Shown: positions 36,334-49,677, counted from the stretch's first letter. The stretch: 64,000 nt of DNA from Candidatus Parcubacteria bacterium (GCA_021414235.1 JAIOOV010000003.1:37560-101559); one strand, 5' to 3'. Notes: a model not told the origin generated them from the sequence alone. Numbers and translations are program-made.

Positions 36334-37248
36334 CTACTCCACCCCGAAGATCCTTTTCAGCTCAGCGATGCCCTCTTCAAGCCTCACCTTAGGCTCCCAG
36401 CCGAGGAGCTCCCGCGCCTTCCTGTTGTCCGCCATGGAATCATGCGCTTCGATGCGCGCCGGGCCATAGACGATCTCGCCCCCGAAGAGGTCTGCCAAAG
36501 CCTTGATGGAAACGTTGCGCCCGGCGCCTACGTTTACCACCTCACCCTTCCCCACCCGAGGACTTTCTGCCGCAAGGAGATTTGCTGCCACCACGTCGCT
36601 TACATGAGTAAAGTCGCGGGTCACCGTACCATCCCCATAGATAGTGATGGGTGTACCGTTTTTTCTTGCAGAAAGGAACCTGCCGATGGCGAGCGCATAA
36701 GGACCTTCAGGGTCAAGTCCAGGACCATAGACATTGAAATAGCGAAGAGAGACGGTCTCGATCCCATAGATCTCTGACCACATGCGCGCAAAAAGTTCGC
36801 CGACATACTTCTGGAGACCGTACGGATTCACCGGGTTCGCAGGCAGACCCTCGGAAAGAGGGAGCGTCTCCTGGGATCCATAAGCGGAGCCGGAAGCAGA
36901 ATAGACGACACGGCGCACCTTGGCCCGGGCAGCGGCAGTAAGTACGGAGACGGTGCCAGTGATGTTCTCGTCGGTTGTCTCGACCGGGTGCTCGATGGAG
37001 TACGGCACGCGCGGGATAGCGGCGGTATGAAAAACCACATCCGCACCTTCCATAATCGTCTGGATCTTGTCAGTCTTGCGCACATCTACCTCATGAAGCA
37101 CAGCTTCCTTGGGCAAGGTCGCTCGGCGAAGCGATGGATCCTTATCGATGATGGAGACCTCCCATCCGGCTTTGACGAGGGCGGCGGAGAGATTACTTCC
37201 GATGAATCCAGCACCTCCAGTGACCACCGCTTTTTGAGACTGTCCCAT
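36334..37248 (-). CDS. NAD-dependent sugar-nucleotide epimerase/dehydratase (GalE/WbpP-like SDR).
   Basis: VVTGGAGFIGSNL Rossmann motif, YxxxK (YGLQKYVGE). Confidence 0.9.
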   Translation of the reverse strand: MGQSQKAVVTGGAGFIGSNLSAALVKAGWEVSIIDKDPSLRRATLPKEAVLHEVDVRKTDKIQTIMEGADVVFHTAAIPRVPYSIEHPVETTDENITGTVSVLTAAARAKVRRVVYSASGSAYGSQETLPLSEGLPANPVNPYGLQKYVGELFARMWSEIYGIETVSLRYFNVYGPGLDPEGPYALAIGRFLSARKNGTPITIYGDGTVTRDFTHVSDVVAANLLAAESPRVGKGEVVNVGAGRNVSIKALADLFGGEIVYGPARIEAHDSMADNRKARELLGWEPKVRLEEGIAELKRIFGVE

Positions 37249-37263
37249 GTCGCCGATTATACA

Positions 37264-38598
37264 CTACGCGCCCGAGCGAGAGAGGATTGTCTTTATGGTC
37301 TTAAGCGCGATCTTGAGATCGAGGACGAGGGAGCGGTTCTTGAGATAGTAGAGATCGTAGGAGAGCTTGCGGCGGGTCTCGGGGATATCTACGCCATGAT
37401 GAGGGTGAGCGTCATGGTAGATCTGCGCCCAGCCGGAGAGGCCCGGAGTGATGAGGTGACGGAGGTGATAGAACGGAATGGCGGCGACATACTCAGCGAC
37501 GAGCGCGGGCAATTCGGGACGCGGACCGATGAGCGAATAGTCTCCCCAGAGAATATTCCAGAGCTGCGGCAGCTCATCAATACGGGTCTTGCGGAGGAAG
37601 GCACCTACCGGGGTTACCTTGTTCACTACGCCAGCCACACCCTGCACGCCCTTGTCGTCGACGGACATGGACATGGAGCGGAACTTGATCAGACGGACGG
37701 ATTTTCCCTCCTTGCCGATGCGTTCCTGGTGAATGAAGAGCGGCCCTCCATCCTGGAGCTTCAAAGCGATCCAGACGAAGGGATAGAAGACGAGAGAGAC
37801 TGCGCCGAGCACTGCCGCGAGGAGGATATCGAAGGCACGGCGCATGGCGCTGTACCAAAGAGACACTTCGTTCACATATTCGATCGCCCAGTTAGGCTTC
37901 AGGAGCGTAAGCGGCATGCGGTCAAAAATCTCTTCATAGAGGCGACCCGCATCGACAAAACGCACAGAGGGCTTCCCGTAGAGAGCGGAGGAGATAGTGC
38001 TCGCCACGGAGGAATCGTGAAAGTCAGCGACAATGAGGGAGGCTCCGCTCTTCTCGAGAACTTCCGGAAGCGCGGAGAGGTCGTCCTTGAGGATGACCGG
38101 AAAATGGAACGAGTAACGCGGATTCTGATTAATCTCTCGGGCGAGGTCCTCGATATCTTCCCCGGAACCTATGAGTATCGCCTTCTCGCGGGAGCGGAGT
38201 GCGAGGAGTTCCGGACCATAGAGGCGCCAGAAGAACAGGAGCCCGGAAGAGACCAAGAAGTAGAGGAAGAGACTCGTCTTAGGGTTGATGCCATAGGAAG
38301 GGCTCACATAGAAAAACGCTACCGCTATCCCCGCATTCGCGATCTGGGCGTTCGCGAGAAGAAGAGCGAGCTTCCTCTTGAAGAAGAGCGTGTGCTTTTC
38401 ATAAAGACCGGCGATGAAGAAAACCACGATCCAAAATACGGAGAGGATGGAGAACGGGAGGGCGTGCAGGCTCCAGAGAGATGCGCTCGGCACCTCGAGA
38501 TAGCGGAGATAGAGAGCGAGCCAGAGACCGACGGCGAAACACGCTAAGTCACCCGCAAGGAGTACGAAGGGCTCGCGGCTCTTCGGAGAAATTTTCAT
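37264..38598 (-). CDS. Polyprenyl-phosphate glycosyl-1-phosphate transferase (bacterial sugar transferase, WbaP/PssY-like initiating enzyme).
   Basis: Four or five N-terminal TM helices; C-terminal catalytic domain FIHQERIGKEGKSVRLIKFRSM...DELPQLWNILWGDYSLIGPRPELP. Confidence 0.9.
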   Translation of the reverse strand: MKISPKSREPFVLLAGDLACFAVGLWLALYLRYLEVPSASLWSLHALPFSILSVFWIVVFFIAGLYEKHTLFFKRKLALLLANAQIANAGIAVAFFYVSPSYGINPKTSLFLYFLVSSGLLFFWRLYGPELLALRSREKAILIGSGEDIEDLAREINQNPRYSFHFPVILKDDLSALPEVLEKSGASLIVADFHDSSVASTISSALYGKPSVRFVDAGRLYEEIFDRMPLTLLKPNWAIEYVNEVSLWYSAMRRAFDILLAAVLGAVSLVFYPFVWIALKLQDGGPLFIHQERIGKEGKSVRLIKFRSMSMSVDDKGVQGVAGVVNKVTPVGAFLRKTRIDELPQLWNILWGDYSLIGPRPELPALVAEYVAAIPFYHLRHLITPGLSGWAQIYHDAHPHHGVDIPETRRKLSYDLYYLKNRSLVLDLKIALKTIKTILSRSGA

Positions 38599-38714
38599 AC
38601 GGTATATTATCCCACAGAGTCACCACTTTGACAATGTGTTCAAAAAGTGTTACTTTTAGGGCGATTTCAGGGTTACCTAAGGATAACTCTCCCCGACCAC
38701 CCAAAGTCACACCT

Positions 38715-39833
38715 ATGAGCAAGAAGATTCTCTTCGTGATTACCAAATCAAATTGGGGCGGCGCCCAGCGCTACGTCTTCAATATGGCTCGCGCCATGCA
38801 CGAAAAAGGATACGAGGTATCTGTTGCCGCAGGAACCGCAGGACTGCTCGCTGACAGACTGCGGGAGATTAATATCCCCTTCCGCGCGATCTCCGGCATG
38901 GGCCGCGACATGCGCCCTCTTTCTTCCGATATCCGCGCGTTCTTCTCTCTCGCTCGCATCATCCGCGAAGAGAAGCCGGATATCCTCCATCTCAACAGTT
39001 CCAAAGCTGGCGGCATGGGCGCCCTCCTCGGACGCATCCTTTCCGTACCTCGCATCATCTACACCGCGCATGGCTGGCCGACCAGGGAGAAGCGCTTCTT
39101 TCTCTCCCGCCTCCTCATCACATTCTTCTCCTGGCTTACTGCCGCTTTCGCCCACACAGTCATCGCGGTATCCCGCGCCGATCAGGAAGAAGCATCCGCG
39201 TGGCCATTCATGAGAAAGAAGCTCGTCACCATCCACAACGGAGTCGAAGCGCCTATGCTTCTCCCGCGCGAGGAAGCGCAGCAAGAGCTCGGCATAGAGA
39301 ATAAGGACGCCTGGCAACTCGGAACGATTGCGGAACTTCATCCCAACAAGAATCTCTCCGCCGCCATCCTTGCAGTGGCTGGATACAACGAAACGCATAC
39401 TAAGAAGATCGAGTACACCATCATCAGCGACGGAGAAGAACGAGAGAGACTGGAACACCTCATCGCCGAGAAAAATATAGGTGATTTCGTCCGCCTCGCC
39501 GGTTTCCGGAAGAACGCGACCTCCCTCCTTTCTGCCTTCGATGCTTTCCTCCTGCCCTCGATCAAAGAAGGCCTGCCTCTCACCCTCCTTGAAGCAGGGT
39601 TCGCAGGGCTTCCCACGATTGCTACCACCACGGGCGGTATCCCCGAGATCATCGAACAGAGAGAGACTGGCCTTCTTCTTGCCACGCCAGATACTGCTTC
39701 AATCGCGGATGCGCTTGCCGAGCTTTTCAATGAATATTCAACTCACCTTGGCGAACGCCTAAAAGAAAAAGTACGCGCTGATTTCTCCTTGGAGCGATGC
39801 GTCACGGACACCGTAGCTGTATACGAACGCTAG
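38715..39833 (+). CDS. Glycosyltransferase family 4.
   Basis: MSKKILFVITKSNWGGAQRYV N-terminus, EGLPLTLLEAGFAGLPTIATTTGG; start at residue 79 of the track ORF. Confidence 0.85.
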   Translation: MSKKILFVITKSNWGGAQRYVFNMARAMHEKGYEVSVAAGTAGLLADRLREINIPFRAISGMGRDMRPLSSDIRAFFSLARIIREEKPDILHLNSSKAGGMGALLGRILSVPRIIYTAHGWPTREKRFFLSRLLITFFSWLTAAFAHTVIAVSRADQEEASAWPFMRKKLVTIHNGVEAPMLLPREEAQQELGIENKDAWQLGTIAELHPNKNLSAAILAVAGYNETHTKKIEYTIISDGEERERLEHLIAEKNIGDFVRLAGFRKNATSLLSAFDAFLLPSIKEGLPLTLLEAGFAGLPTIATTTGGIPEIIEQRETGLLLATPDTASIADALAELFNEYSTHLGERLKEKVRADFSLERCVTDTVAVYER

Positions 39834-40972
39834 ATCCCCAGGAATTCCCTGCTGGCGTCCTCACGATGCATCCCGCGGGAGTAGCGCCGCATACTCATGA
39901 GGAGACCTAACCCGAGAAAGGTAGTGATGAGATGAGAGCCGCCGTAGCTCATGAACGGCATAGTCACACCCGTCACCGGAAGCAGCCCGATATTCATACC
40001 GACATGGATGAGGAAGTGCGAGAGCAGGATCACCGCGAGCCCCGCCGCAAAGAGTGTTTCAAAATTAGTAGCCCCGTAGAGTGCAGAGCGCACCAGGCGG
40101 AAGATGACGATACCGTAGAGAAGAAAAAGTACGAGCACTCCGAGGAAGCCCCATTCCTCCGCAAAAGCGGCGAAGATGAAGTCAGTCTGATACTCCGGCA
40201 GGAATTGGAGCTTGGACTGAGTGCCGTAGCCGATACCCTTGCCCCACAGCTCTCCGGAGCCTACCGCGATGGTGGATTGATACGCGTTGTAGCCCGCGCC
40301 GCGAATGTCCGCGAGCGGATGGAGAAAAGTCTTCACGCGCTGCTGCTGATACGGCGCGAGCACGAAGAACCAGAGACAGACGGCTGCTACCGCAGCCCCT
40401 CCGAGCACCAGGAACAGGTGTTTTTTTGAGATGCCGGAAACGAGCACCATCCCGAACCACACCGAGCCGATGATGAGCGCCTGACCGAAGTCAGGCTGTA
40501 TGAATACGAGCCCGAAGAGAAGGCCTGCGTAGAGGCCGGAGATGAGGATATGGCGAAAGTTCGCGATCTCGATATGCCGTCGCGAAAAGTACTTGGCGAG
40601 AACCAACACCAGGATGAGCTTGGCGGGGTCGGACGGCTGCACCGCGAAGAGCCCCAGGTTGAACCAGCTCTGTGCTCCTTTGAATACTGACCCTACTGCG
40701 AAGAGCGCGAGGAGAGTGCCGATGGTCGCGAGGTATAGGAAGACGAGGACCCCCGTACGCCGTAGGAACCGCACGTCTATCCCTGCTACGAAAAAGAATA
40801 CGAGAAGCGCTAGACCAAGGAGAATGAACTGCTTCTCGAAGAAGTAATTCTCCCCCTCGAAGGAGTTCATGGTGAGAAGCCCTGCGCCGAGTATCGGCAC
40901 GAGCGCAGCAAAGAGCACCCAGTCCACCGAAGCGCGCAGCGCCTGGAAGTATTCCCCGAGCACGCGTCCCAT
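39830..40972 (-). CDS. SEDS-family peptidoglycan glycosyltransferase (RodA/FtsW).
   Basis: 10 TM helices; QPDFGQALII, conserved SEDS loops. Confidence 0.9.
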   Translation of the reverse strand: MGRVLGEYFQALRASVDWVLFAALVPILGAGLLTMNSFEGENYFFEKQFILLGLALLVFFFVAGIDVRFLRRTGVLVFLYLATIGTLLALFAVGSVFKGAQSWFNLGLFAVQPSDPAKLILVLVLAKYFSRRHIEIANFRHILISGLYAGLLFGLVFIQPDFGQALIIGSVWFGMVLVSGISKKHLFLVLGGAAVAAVCLWFFVLAPYQQQRVKTFLHPLADIRGAGYNAYQSTIAVGSGELWGKGIGYGTQSKLQFLPEYQTDFIFAAFAEEWGFLGVLVLFLLYGIVIFRLVRSALYGATNFETLFAAGLAVILLSHFLIHVGMNIGLLPVTGVTMPFMSYGGSHLITTFLGLGLLMSMRRYSRGMHREDASREFLGI

Positions 40973-40975
40973 AGA

Positions 40976-41728
40976 TTACTCGCCCTGCGGCACTAAGAAG
41001 TAAATACGCTCTGAGACCGCTGAGGAAGTGAAGGGCGCAAGCCAGGTGAAGACCACGTGGGCAGTGCCACCGCCCGCGATACGATCGATGATCGTCTTGG
41101 ACGCACCGATAGCGTTGTCTTCTTCATCATAGATAACGCCGATAGCTTCGATGTTGCGCAAGGTACTGACACCGGGGTTAGCCACATCAGCCTCCAAGAC
41201 AAGCGCCTGTTCATCAAAGGACTGATTTCTTATCGAGAGATCCGGCGGGCTCGTCTGCGGCCGCCACGCAGGTTCACTGGTGAACTCAAGGAAAGCGCGA
41301 GAAGGGATGCGGTTCCCTACCGGGATACCACCTTCGAAGATAGGAAACTGCGCGTTCGGGAGGATGTCGGCAACTCCGCGACGCTCGGCAATGAGGATAT
41401 TCTCCGTGTCATAGAGACGCAGCCGATAGCTGACATCTGAAGCACCGAGAGCGGGATTCGGATTGAGTACAAAAGCAGCGCCCGAAGCTACTCCCGGAGC
41501 GACGAAGAAGGAGCGAGTCCAGAGTACGCGCAGAGGCTGTGTCGCCGCAGCGCATATCTTGCTGCAAGAGCCGCCGCAATCCACCCCTTGTTCGTCCTGA
41601 TTGCGCTTCCCGTCCGAACAAGAGGGCTTGGGATAGATATACCAGAAGAGCGGAGCGAGAATGGCCGCCAAGATGAGCATCCCGAAGGAGGAATAGAGGA
41701 GTTTCCGGCGCGTCGCCCAGGTAGACAT
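40976..41728 (-). CDS. Hypothetical membrane-anchored extracytoplasmic protein (250 aa), with Cys cluster CSDG...CGGSCSKIC.
   Basis: ORF track; N-terminal TM anchor; no recognisable catalytic motif. Confidence 0.55.
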   Translation of the reverse strand: MSTWATRRKLLYSSFGMLILAAILAPLFWYIYPKPSCSDGKRNQDEQGVDCGGSCSKICAAATQPLRVLWTRSFFVAPGVASGAAFVLNPNPALGASDVSYRLRLYDTENILIAERRGVADILPNAQFPIFEGGIPVGNRIPSRAFLEFTSEPAWRPQTSPPDLSIRNQSFDEQALVLEADVANPGVSTLRNIEAIGVIYDEEDNAIGASKTIIDRIAGGGTAHVVFTWLAPFTSSAVSERIYFLVPQGE

Positions 41729-41744
41729 GCGGATATTGTAACAG

Positions 41745-41784
41745 AAAATAAATAGCCCCGCCGGGAGGCGGGGCTATTTATTTT
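41745..41784 (-). terminator. Terminator with an 18-bp perfect stem just downstream of the 5S gene.
   Basis: AAAATAAATAGCCCCGCC-ggga-GGCGGGGCTATTTATTTT. Confidence 0.6.
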
Positions 41785-41815
41785 ACGATCTAAAATGAGT
41801 CATTGAATGCTTTAA

Positions 41816-41929
41816 CCTGGCGACTACCTACTTTCCCCTTGCGAGTATCATCGGCACTACGGTGCTTAACGGCTCTGTTCGGAATGGGAAGAGGTGTGGC
41901 CACCGCGTTAAATCACCAGATTGAAGGAT
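41816..41929 (-). rRNA. 5S rRNA.
   Basis: Complement reads CUGGUGAUUUAACGCGGUGGCCACACC...CCGAACAGAGCCGUUAAGCACCGUAGUGCCGAUGAUACUCGCAAGGGGAAAGUAGGUAGUCGCCAGG, collinear with E. coli 5S. Confidence 0.85.
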
Positions 41930-42209
41930 TCAATGTCATAAGCAGGAAGAACGGGGAGGGGGAGCTAGTCCGAGAGTTAAGGATATCTCCTAAGGATCAA
42001 AGGTGGCGGTCTGGCACCCTAGTCATCCGAAGAAAAAACCACACTCTCAAGGATTCGCCGTCACACCCTCCCCTGCGCCGCACCACGTCTCTCCGGAGAG
42101 ACTTTCCCTTGCTCCTCAATCGCCATCGAGAGAAACAAGGGTAGGTACGGCATGTCTGCCCTGCTTTTTAACGAATTCGAGTAAGTATGTCAAACAATGC
42201 GTGCTTCAC

Positions 42210-45530
<3,321 letters not shown>

Positions 45531-45679
45531 GTCAGGAGATCTATGAATCACTACTTTGTTGTCTTACTTACCTGCCCCTCTCCATCGCCCTAAAAGACCC
45601 TTAAGCCCCGCTTGCGCGGGAAAAGGAGGCGGCGTGAGGGAATGAAGTTGTCAACGTTCGTGGATTCGGTCGATTCTCC

Positions 45680-45695
45680 CAACAAAAAACCCGCC
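45680..45695 (-). terminator. Terminator hairpin between the upstream membrane-protein gene and the 23S promoter region.
   Basis: aaaaaaCCCGCC-ttcc-GGCGGG. Confidence 0.4.
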
Positions 45696-45896
45696 TTCCG
45701 GCGGGCAGAGCAACTGGCTCGTCCTACCGGTTAACAGTGAGGTTTTTTGTCGTAGCCATAGTCAGAATGAGGGTAAGTATACGGATATATAGATAGCTGT
45801 CAACAAACCCTGAAGAGGGGCAAAAGGAGGCCTAAATATGGCCATAAACGGCAAATCCCCACCGCTCAAAGAGCGGTGGGGATTTGGAGTAAAAGA

Positions 45897-46583
45897 CTAC
45901 TTGTCTGCGAGTTCCTTGCGGGTGCGGTCGATGAGCTTGGCTGCTGCATCCTGGCCGCCGAGGCCGAAGGCGAGGCCCACCGCGATGGAGATGGCCACCA
46001 CGAAGCCAGTGAAGAGTGTCTGGACAAAAGGAGCCGCCACGCCGAGCTGATAGAGCGCGGTAAGGATGGCGAAGATCCAGATGGACCACTTGGTCACTCC
46101 CGCGAGGAAGTTGGCCGAGGAGACGCCGGCCGCGCGCGCAGCGCCACCCACCACTTCCTTCATAGTCTCAGCCACCACGCCTGCCACAAGGAGGACAAGG
46201 ATGGCTACGATGACCTGCGGCAAGTAGAGGAGCACTACCTGCTGGAGGAAGATGTTCACCTGCACCAGACCCAAGACATCAAAAGATGCGATGAGGAAAG
46301 AAACGATGACAAACCACTCCACGAGGAGGCCCAAGAACTTACCGGAATTGAGCCTAAAGCCCGCACGAGAGACGAGCACGCCGATACCAGCGCCCTCGAG
46401 CACCTCGTCGATGCGGAGCATGTCGATCACTCGAGCGATCGCACGCGCGAGGAGAGAGCCCACCACCCAACCGGCGAGGAAGATGATGACTGCTAATAAG
46501 ACCTTCGGCAGGAAGGCCACGAGCCCGAAACCGAGATCCTGGAACGAGCGCAAGAGCACGTCGCCCCACATTTCAAGTGCCAT
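45897..46583 (-). CDS. Membrane protein with repeated 'conserved TM helix' motifs (MscS-family N-terminal-like), hypothetical.
   Basis: Five or six TM helices; start at MALEMW (residue 13; the track ORF starts at a TTG). Confidence 0.55.
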   Translation of the reverse strand: MALEMWGDVLLRSFQDLGFGLVAFLPKVLLAVIIFLAGWVVGSLLARAIARVIDMLRIDEVLEGAGIGVLVSRAGFRLNSGKFLGLLVEWFVIVSFLIASFDVLGLVQVNIFLQQVVLLYLPQVIVAILVLLVAGVVAETMKEVVGGAARAAGVSSANFLAGVTKWSIWIFAILTALYQLGVAAPFVQTLFTGFVVAISIAVGLAFGLGGQDAAAKLIDRTRKELADK

Positions 46584-46655
46584 ACGTATGTTAAACGCGA
46601 CCGCATGATAGCGGCGCAACTATGCTAGTAAAGAACAATGAAATTGTAGCACCCT

Positions 46656-47279
46656 CTAGACACGCGCTGCAGCACGTCGTGTGGATAAGCCAGTCTGCCG
46701 AGCGAGGTCGTAACGATCAACGATGACCCGATGCGGGTAATCAAACACATCGCGCACGAGCTTGTCATAGATATTCAAACGATAGTCGAAGTCCGCACCA
46801 GAGAGCACCGCATAGCGGAGCTCTCTGGTGCACTCGAGCTCGAGTTCGCGCACCGCCTTCTCCAGATGCTTCCTCTTAAGCTTGTCCCCCACGATAAGGA
46901 GATCGAGACGGCTCTCCGGATTGTCCACGAAGAAGCCAGCGGAAACCAGGAGCTTCATCGTGCCCGCCTTAGTGAAGCGCTCCTTAAGCTGGGCATCCCC
47001 GAAAGGGGCTATCTCTCGTACCAGCTCGCGGAGGACATCCGCATGCGGGAACTGACGGTTGAGAGAGAGCCTGACCTCCTTCTTGCCGCGGAGCGGGGTG
47101 CGCTCCATGACGAGCCCCATGCTCTTGAGGGAGGAGAGTTCCCGACGAGCTTTCTTAGCGTCTACGCCGGTGCGCTTGCGGATATGTTCCCCATCGAAAG
47201 CAGTAGTCGGATTGAACAGGAAGAGACGAAGGAGCTTAGCCATGCGTTCTCCACCGAAGAGCTTAGGGGCGATATCCAT
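46656..47279 (-). CDS. Hypothetical protein with putative N-terminal winged-helix DNA-binding region.
   Basis: ORF track; LLRLFLFNPTTAFDGEHIRKRTGVDAKKARRELSSLKSMGLVME resembles a wHTH. Confidence 0.5.
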   Translation of the reverse strand: MDIAPKLFGGERMAKLLRLFLFNPTTAFDGEHIRKRTGVDAKKARRELSSLKSMGLVMERTPLRGKKEVRLSLNRQFPHADVLRELVREIAPFGDAQLKERFTKAGTMKLLVSAGFFVDNPESRLDLLIVGDKLKRKHLEKAVRELELECTRELRYAVLSGADFDYRLNIYDKLVRDVFDYPHRVIVDRYDLARQTGLSTRRAAARV

Positions 47280-47317
47280 AGGTGGCTCAATAGTACTAAA
47301 GGGGTCTAAAAAGAAAA

Positions 47318-47337
47318 GTCCCGCCTTCGGGCGGGAC
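47318..47337 (-). terminator. Terminator downstream of rplL.
   Basis: GTCCCGCC-ttcg-GGCGGGAC with A/T runs on both sides (potentially bidirectional). Confidence 0.55.
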
Positions 47338-47359
47338 TTTTCTGCGAGAAAGATAGGGC

Positions 47360-47755
47360 TTATTTCAGCTCCACCTTGCCGCCTGCCTCTTCGATCTTCT
47401 TCTTGAGAGCTTCTGCCTCTTCCTTCTTCAAGCCTTGCTTGAGCTTGGAAGGAGCGGCATCCACGAGATCCTTGGCTTCCTTGAGGCCGAGAGCGAGGGC
47501 CTCCTTGACCACCTTGATGACGGCGATCTTGTTGGCACCTGCTTCCTTGAGCTCGACATCGAAAGAGGACTTCTCTTCGGCCGCCGATGCTCCGGCACCC
47601 GGGGCTGCCGCAACTGCGACCGCAGCTGCAGAGACACCGAAGCGCTTCTCGAGAAGCTTCACGAGTTCATGGAGGTCGAGCACACTGAGCGCCTCGATGG
47701 AATCCACGAACGACTTGAACTTCGCCGGTACTTCTACCTGAGTGTTTTCGTCCAT
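47360..47755 (-). CDS. rplL: 50S ribosomal protein bL12 (L7/L12).
   Basis: C-terminal domain ...[59 protein letters not shown]. Confidence 0.95.
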   Translation of the reverse strand: MDENTQVEVPAKFKSFVDSIEALSVLDLHELVKLLEKRFGVSAAAVAVAAAPGAGASAAEEKSSFDVELKEAGANKIAVIKVVKEALALGLKEAKDLVDAAPSKLKQGLKKEEAEALKKKIEEAGGKVELK

Positions 47756-47789
47756 ACGTTTGAGATGATTGATAAGTTAAGTGATTCGC

Positions 47790-48368
47790 TTAGACCGTAG
47801 CTACTTCGCCTGAAGGCTCCGAAGCCGGAGCTGCTTCTGCCGCAGGAGCGACTGCTTCGGGAGCTGCGGGAGCCGCAGTACCCTTTGATTCCGCGATTGC
47901 ACTCAGCGCCAATACGAGGCCCTGGATCGGCGAGTTGATGAGATTCAACAGCTGGCCATAGAGCACCGGCATGGACGGAATGGATGCGATCGAAACCATC
48001 TTTTCGCGCTCGGCGTAAGTACCTTCGAAGATACCACCGACGATAGAGACGTTGTCCTTCAGCTTCTTCTCGAAGCTGTAGACTTCGCGCGCAGGAGCCA
48101 TAAGGTCCTCTGTGCTGTACGCAATCGCGATCTCGCCTGGAAGCTCCGGTACGGAGCCCTCGAAGCCGAGCTTCTCCAGCACGCGACGGAGAAGGGTCTT
48201 CTTAGCCACGAAGTAGCCCACGCCCTTGGAGCGGAGTTCCTTGCGGAGGGCTGTCGTGTTGGCGACATTGAGCCCGTGGAAATTCACGAAGACCGCAGAA
48301 GAGATGCCGGTGAGGGCTTTCTCCGCCTTCTCCATTATTCCCTGCTTGTCTTTCTTGCTGATTGCCAT
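47790..48368 (-). CDS. rplJ: 50S ribosomal protein uL10.
   Basis: MAISKKDKQGIMEKAEKALTGISSAVFVNFHGLNVANTTALRKELRSKGVGYFVAKKTLLRRV. Confidence 0.95.
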   Translation of the reverse strand: MAISKKDKQGIMEKAEKALTGISSAVFVNFHGLNVANTTALRKELRSKGVGYFVAKKTLLRRVLEKLGFEGSVPELPGEIAIAYSTEDLMAPAREVYSFEKKLKDNVSIVGGIFEGTYAEREKMVSIASIPSMPVLYGQLLNLINSPIQGLVLALSAIAESKGTAAPAAPEAVAPAAEAAPASEPSGEVATV

Positions 48369-48536
48369 AGTTTCTTCTTTTTATAGGGGCAAACAAAAAG
48401 CCCCTTACAGGGCTCTCACCCAGCTGAGCTGGGACGTAGATTCGACCTTCGGTAGGCTAGATTAAGGCTCTTGCGAGCCGCCTACTGTCTTGAGGCCTGT
48501 GAGGAGGATAGTACCGAGAGACTGGCTTGGTGTCAA
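48369..48536 (-). promoter_or_regulatory. Structured rplJ 5' leader (candidate L10(L12)4 autoregulatory leader).
   Basis: ~170 nt between the upstream terminator and the rplJ ATG, with several hairpins (GGGGC-aaacaaaaa-GCCCC; CCCAGCTGAGCTGGG). Confidence 0.35.
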
Positions 48537-48542
48537 ACGAAA

Positions 48543-48566
48543 CCGGCCCCGCTAAAGCGGGGCCGG
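48543..48566 (-). terminator. Terminator.
   Basis: CCGGCCCCGC-taaa-GCGGGGCCGG then TTTCTTCC; A-rich on the other side. Confidence 0.55.
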
Positions 48567-48586
48567 TTTCTTCCTGCTCTTCCCGG

Positions 48587-48742
48587 CTAGCGCAATGCCG
48601 ATTCCCAGAAGGAAGCTACAGAGGCACCAAGCTCTGCACCCGAAGCATAGCTATACAGGGAGAGTCCCAGGAAGAAGATCATGCCCATGGTGATGATCCC
48701 CACGAAGCTCGCTGCGAACCGGAAGAAGGATTTATTGAACAT
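48587..48742 (-). CDS. Candidate 51-aa small membrane peptide (MFNKSFFRFAASFVGIITMGMIFFLGLSLYSYASGAELGASVASFWESALR).
   Basis: Manual translation; begins 15 nt after the TPR gene stop; below the ORF-track cutoff. Confidence 0.3.
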   Translation of the reverse strand: MFNKSFFRFAASFVGIITMGMIFFLGLSLYSYASGAELGASVASFWESALR

Positions 48743-48757
48743 TCTCTATTTCTTTTG

Positions 48758-49561
48758 CTACTCGATAGCTTTGAGTTCGGCCTTGAGAGTGATCACTAGA
48801 GCGTCATTCTTAAGCTCTGTGGCCACCACGATCGCCTGCTGATAGTAAGTGCGTGCATCAGCGAGATTGCCCTTACTGCGATAGTAGGTCGCAAGCGCCA
48901 CCATGAGGTCAACCGCTTTAGGGTTCTGCTTTATCCCCTGCTGCAGGATATCAGCCGCCTTAGTGGTGTTCTGCTGATAAGAGAGACGGTAAAGATCGTG
49001 GAGGTTGAGGTAGGAAAGCAAGTACTGAGGATCATTATGAACAGCCTGCTTTAAGTTCATCTCCGCGCGCACGTAATCCTTGAGCTCGTAGTGATAGAGA
49101 TTGCCGATGTTGTTGTAGGAGACGATGTTGGTCGGACTCATAAGCGAGACATACTCCCAGGCTTCGCGCGCCGCCTCGTAGTCATTAATCGTCTTGTACC
49201 GGATGCCGAGGTCGATCCAAGCATTGAGGTCCTTCGGGTTATTACGGAGTCGGACACGGACAGCTTCAATATCTGCCAAGACGATAGCCTTCTCCTGGAC
49301 CGTGAAGCTCGCAGGAACAGAGATCTCCCGGTTGATGAACGGATGAGGAGGAAGACCAGAGCCAGACTCAGAAGGCACCGGAAGCGGAGTGATGGTTACT
49401 GGCGCGCTCGTGGAAGCACTGACCGGGAAATTAGATTCGGGGGTGGTAGTAGCGCCAGAAGCGGGAGTATCAGAAGAAAGACTCTGCCATTTCCAAACAC
49501 CGAAACCTGCTACTCCTATGAGTACTGCTGCACCGACAACTATCAGGATATTTTTCTGCAT
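48758..49561 (-). CDS. TPR-repeat protein with N-terminal signal/anchor.
   Basis: MQKNILIVVGAAVLIGVAGFGVW; several TPR-like repeats (AWEYVSLMSPTN..., ATYYRSKGNLADARTYYQQAI). Confidence 0.7.
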   Translation of the reverse strand: MQKNILIVVGAAVLIGVAGFGVWKWQSLSSDTPASGATTTPESNFPVSASTSAPVTITPLPVPSESGSGLPPHPFINREISVPASFTVQEKAIVLADIEAVRVRLRNNPKDLNAWIDLGIRYKTINDYEAAREAWEYVSLMSPTNIVSYNNIGNLYHYELKDYVRAEMNLKQAVHNDPQYLLSYLNLHDLYRLSYQQNTTKAADILQQGIKQNPKAVDLMVALATYYRSKGNLADARTYYQQAIVVATELKNDALVITLKAELKAIE

Positions 49562-49594
49562 AGAGCTATTGTAGCTATATTTCCAAGTAACGCA

Positions 49595-49622
49595 AAAACC
49601 CCGCCGTGAGGCGGGGTTTTTG
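49595..49622 (-). terminator. Terminator after the giant surface protein gene.
   Basis: AAAAACCCCGCC-gtga-GGCGGGGTTTTT. Confidence 0.6.
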
Positions 49623-49677
49623 CTAACCGTCCCGACGATTAGCCTAAGCTAACCGTGGGATCCAGAGTAACGATGTG

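Noticed and set aside
45838-46050. 70-aa plus-strand ORF preceded by a perfect AAAGGAGG-N8-ATG.
   Set aside because: The ORF runs antisense through the C-terminus of the membrane-protein gene 45897..46583 and across its terminator palindrome (CCCCACCGCTC-aaa-GAGCGGTGGGG). The SD-like motif is noted, but the CDS is not credible.
48369-48536. tRNA in the rplJ upstream region (D-arm-like AGCUCAGCUGGG).
   Set aside because: No matching acceptor stem, anticodon stem or T-arm could be built in either orientation. Interpreted as part of the rplJ leader structure.
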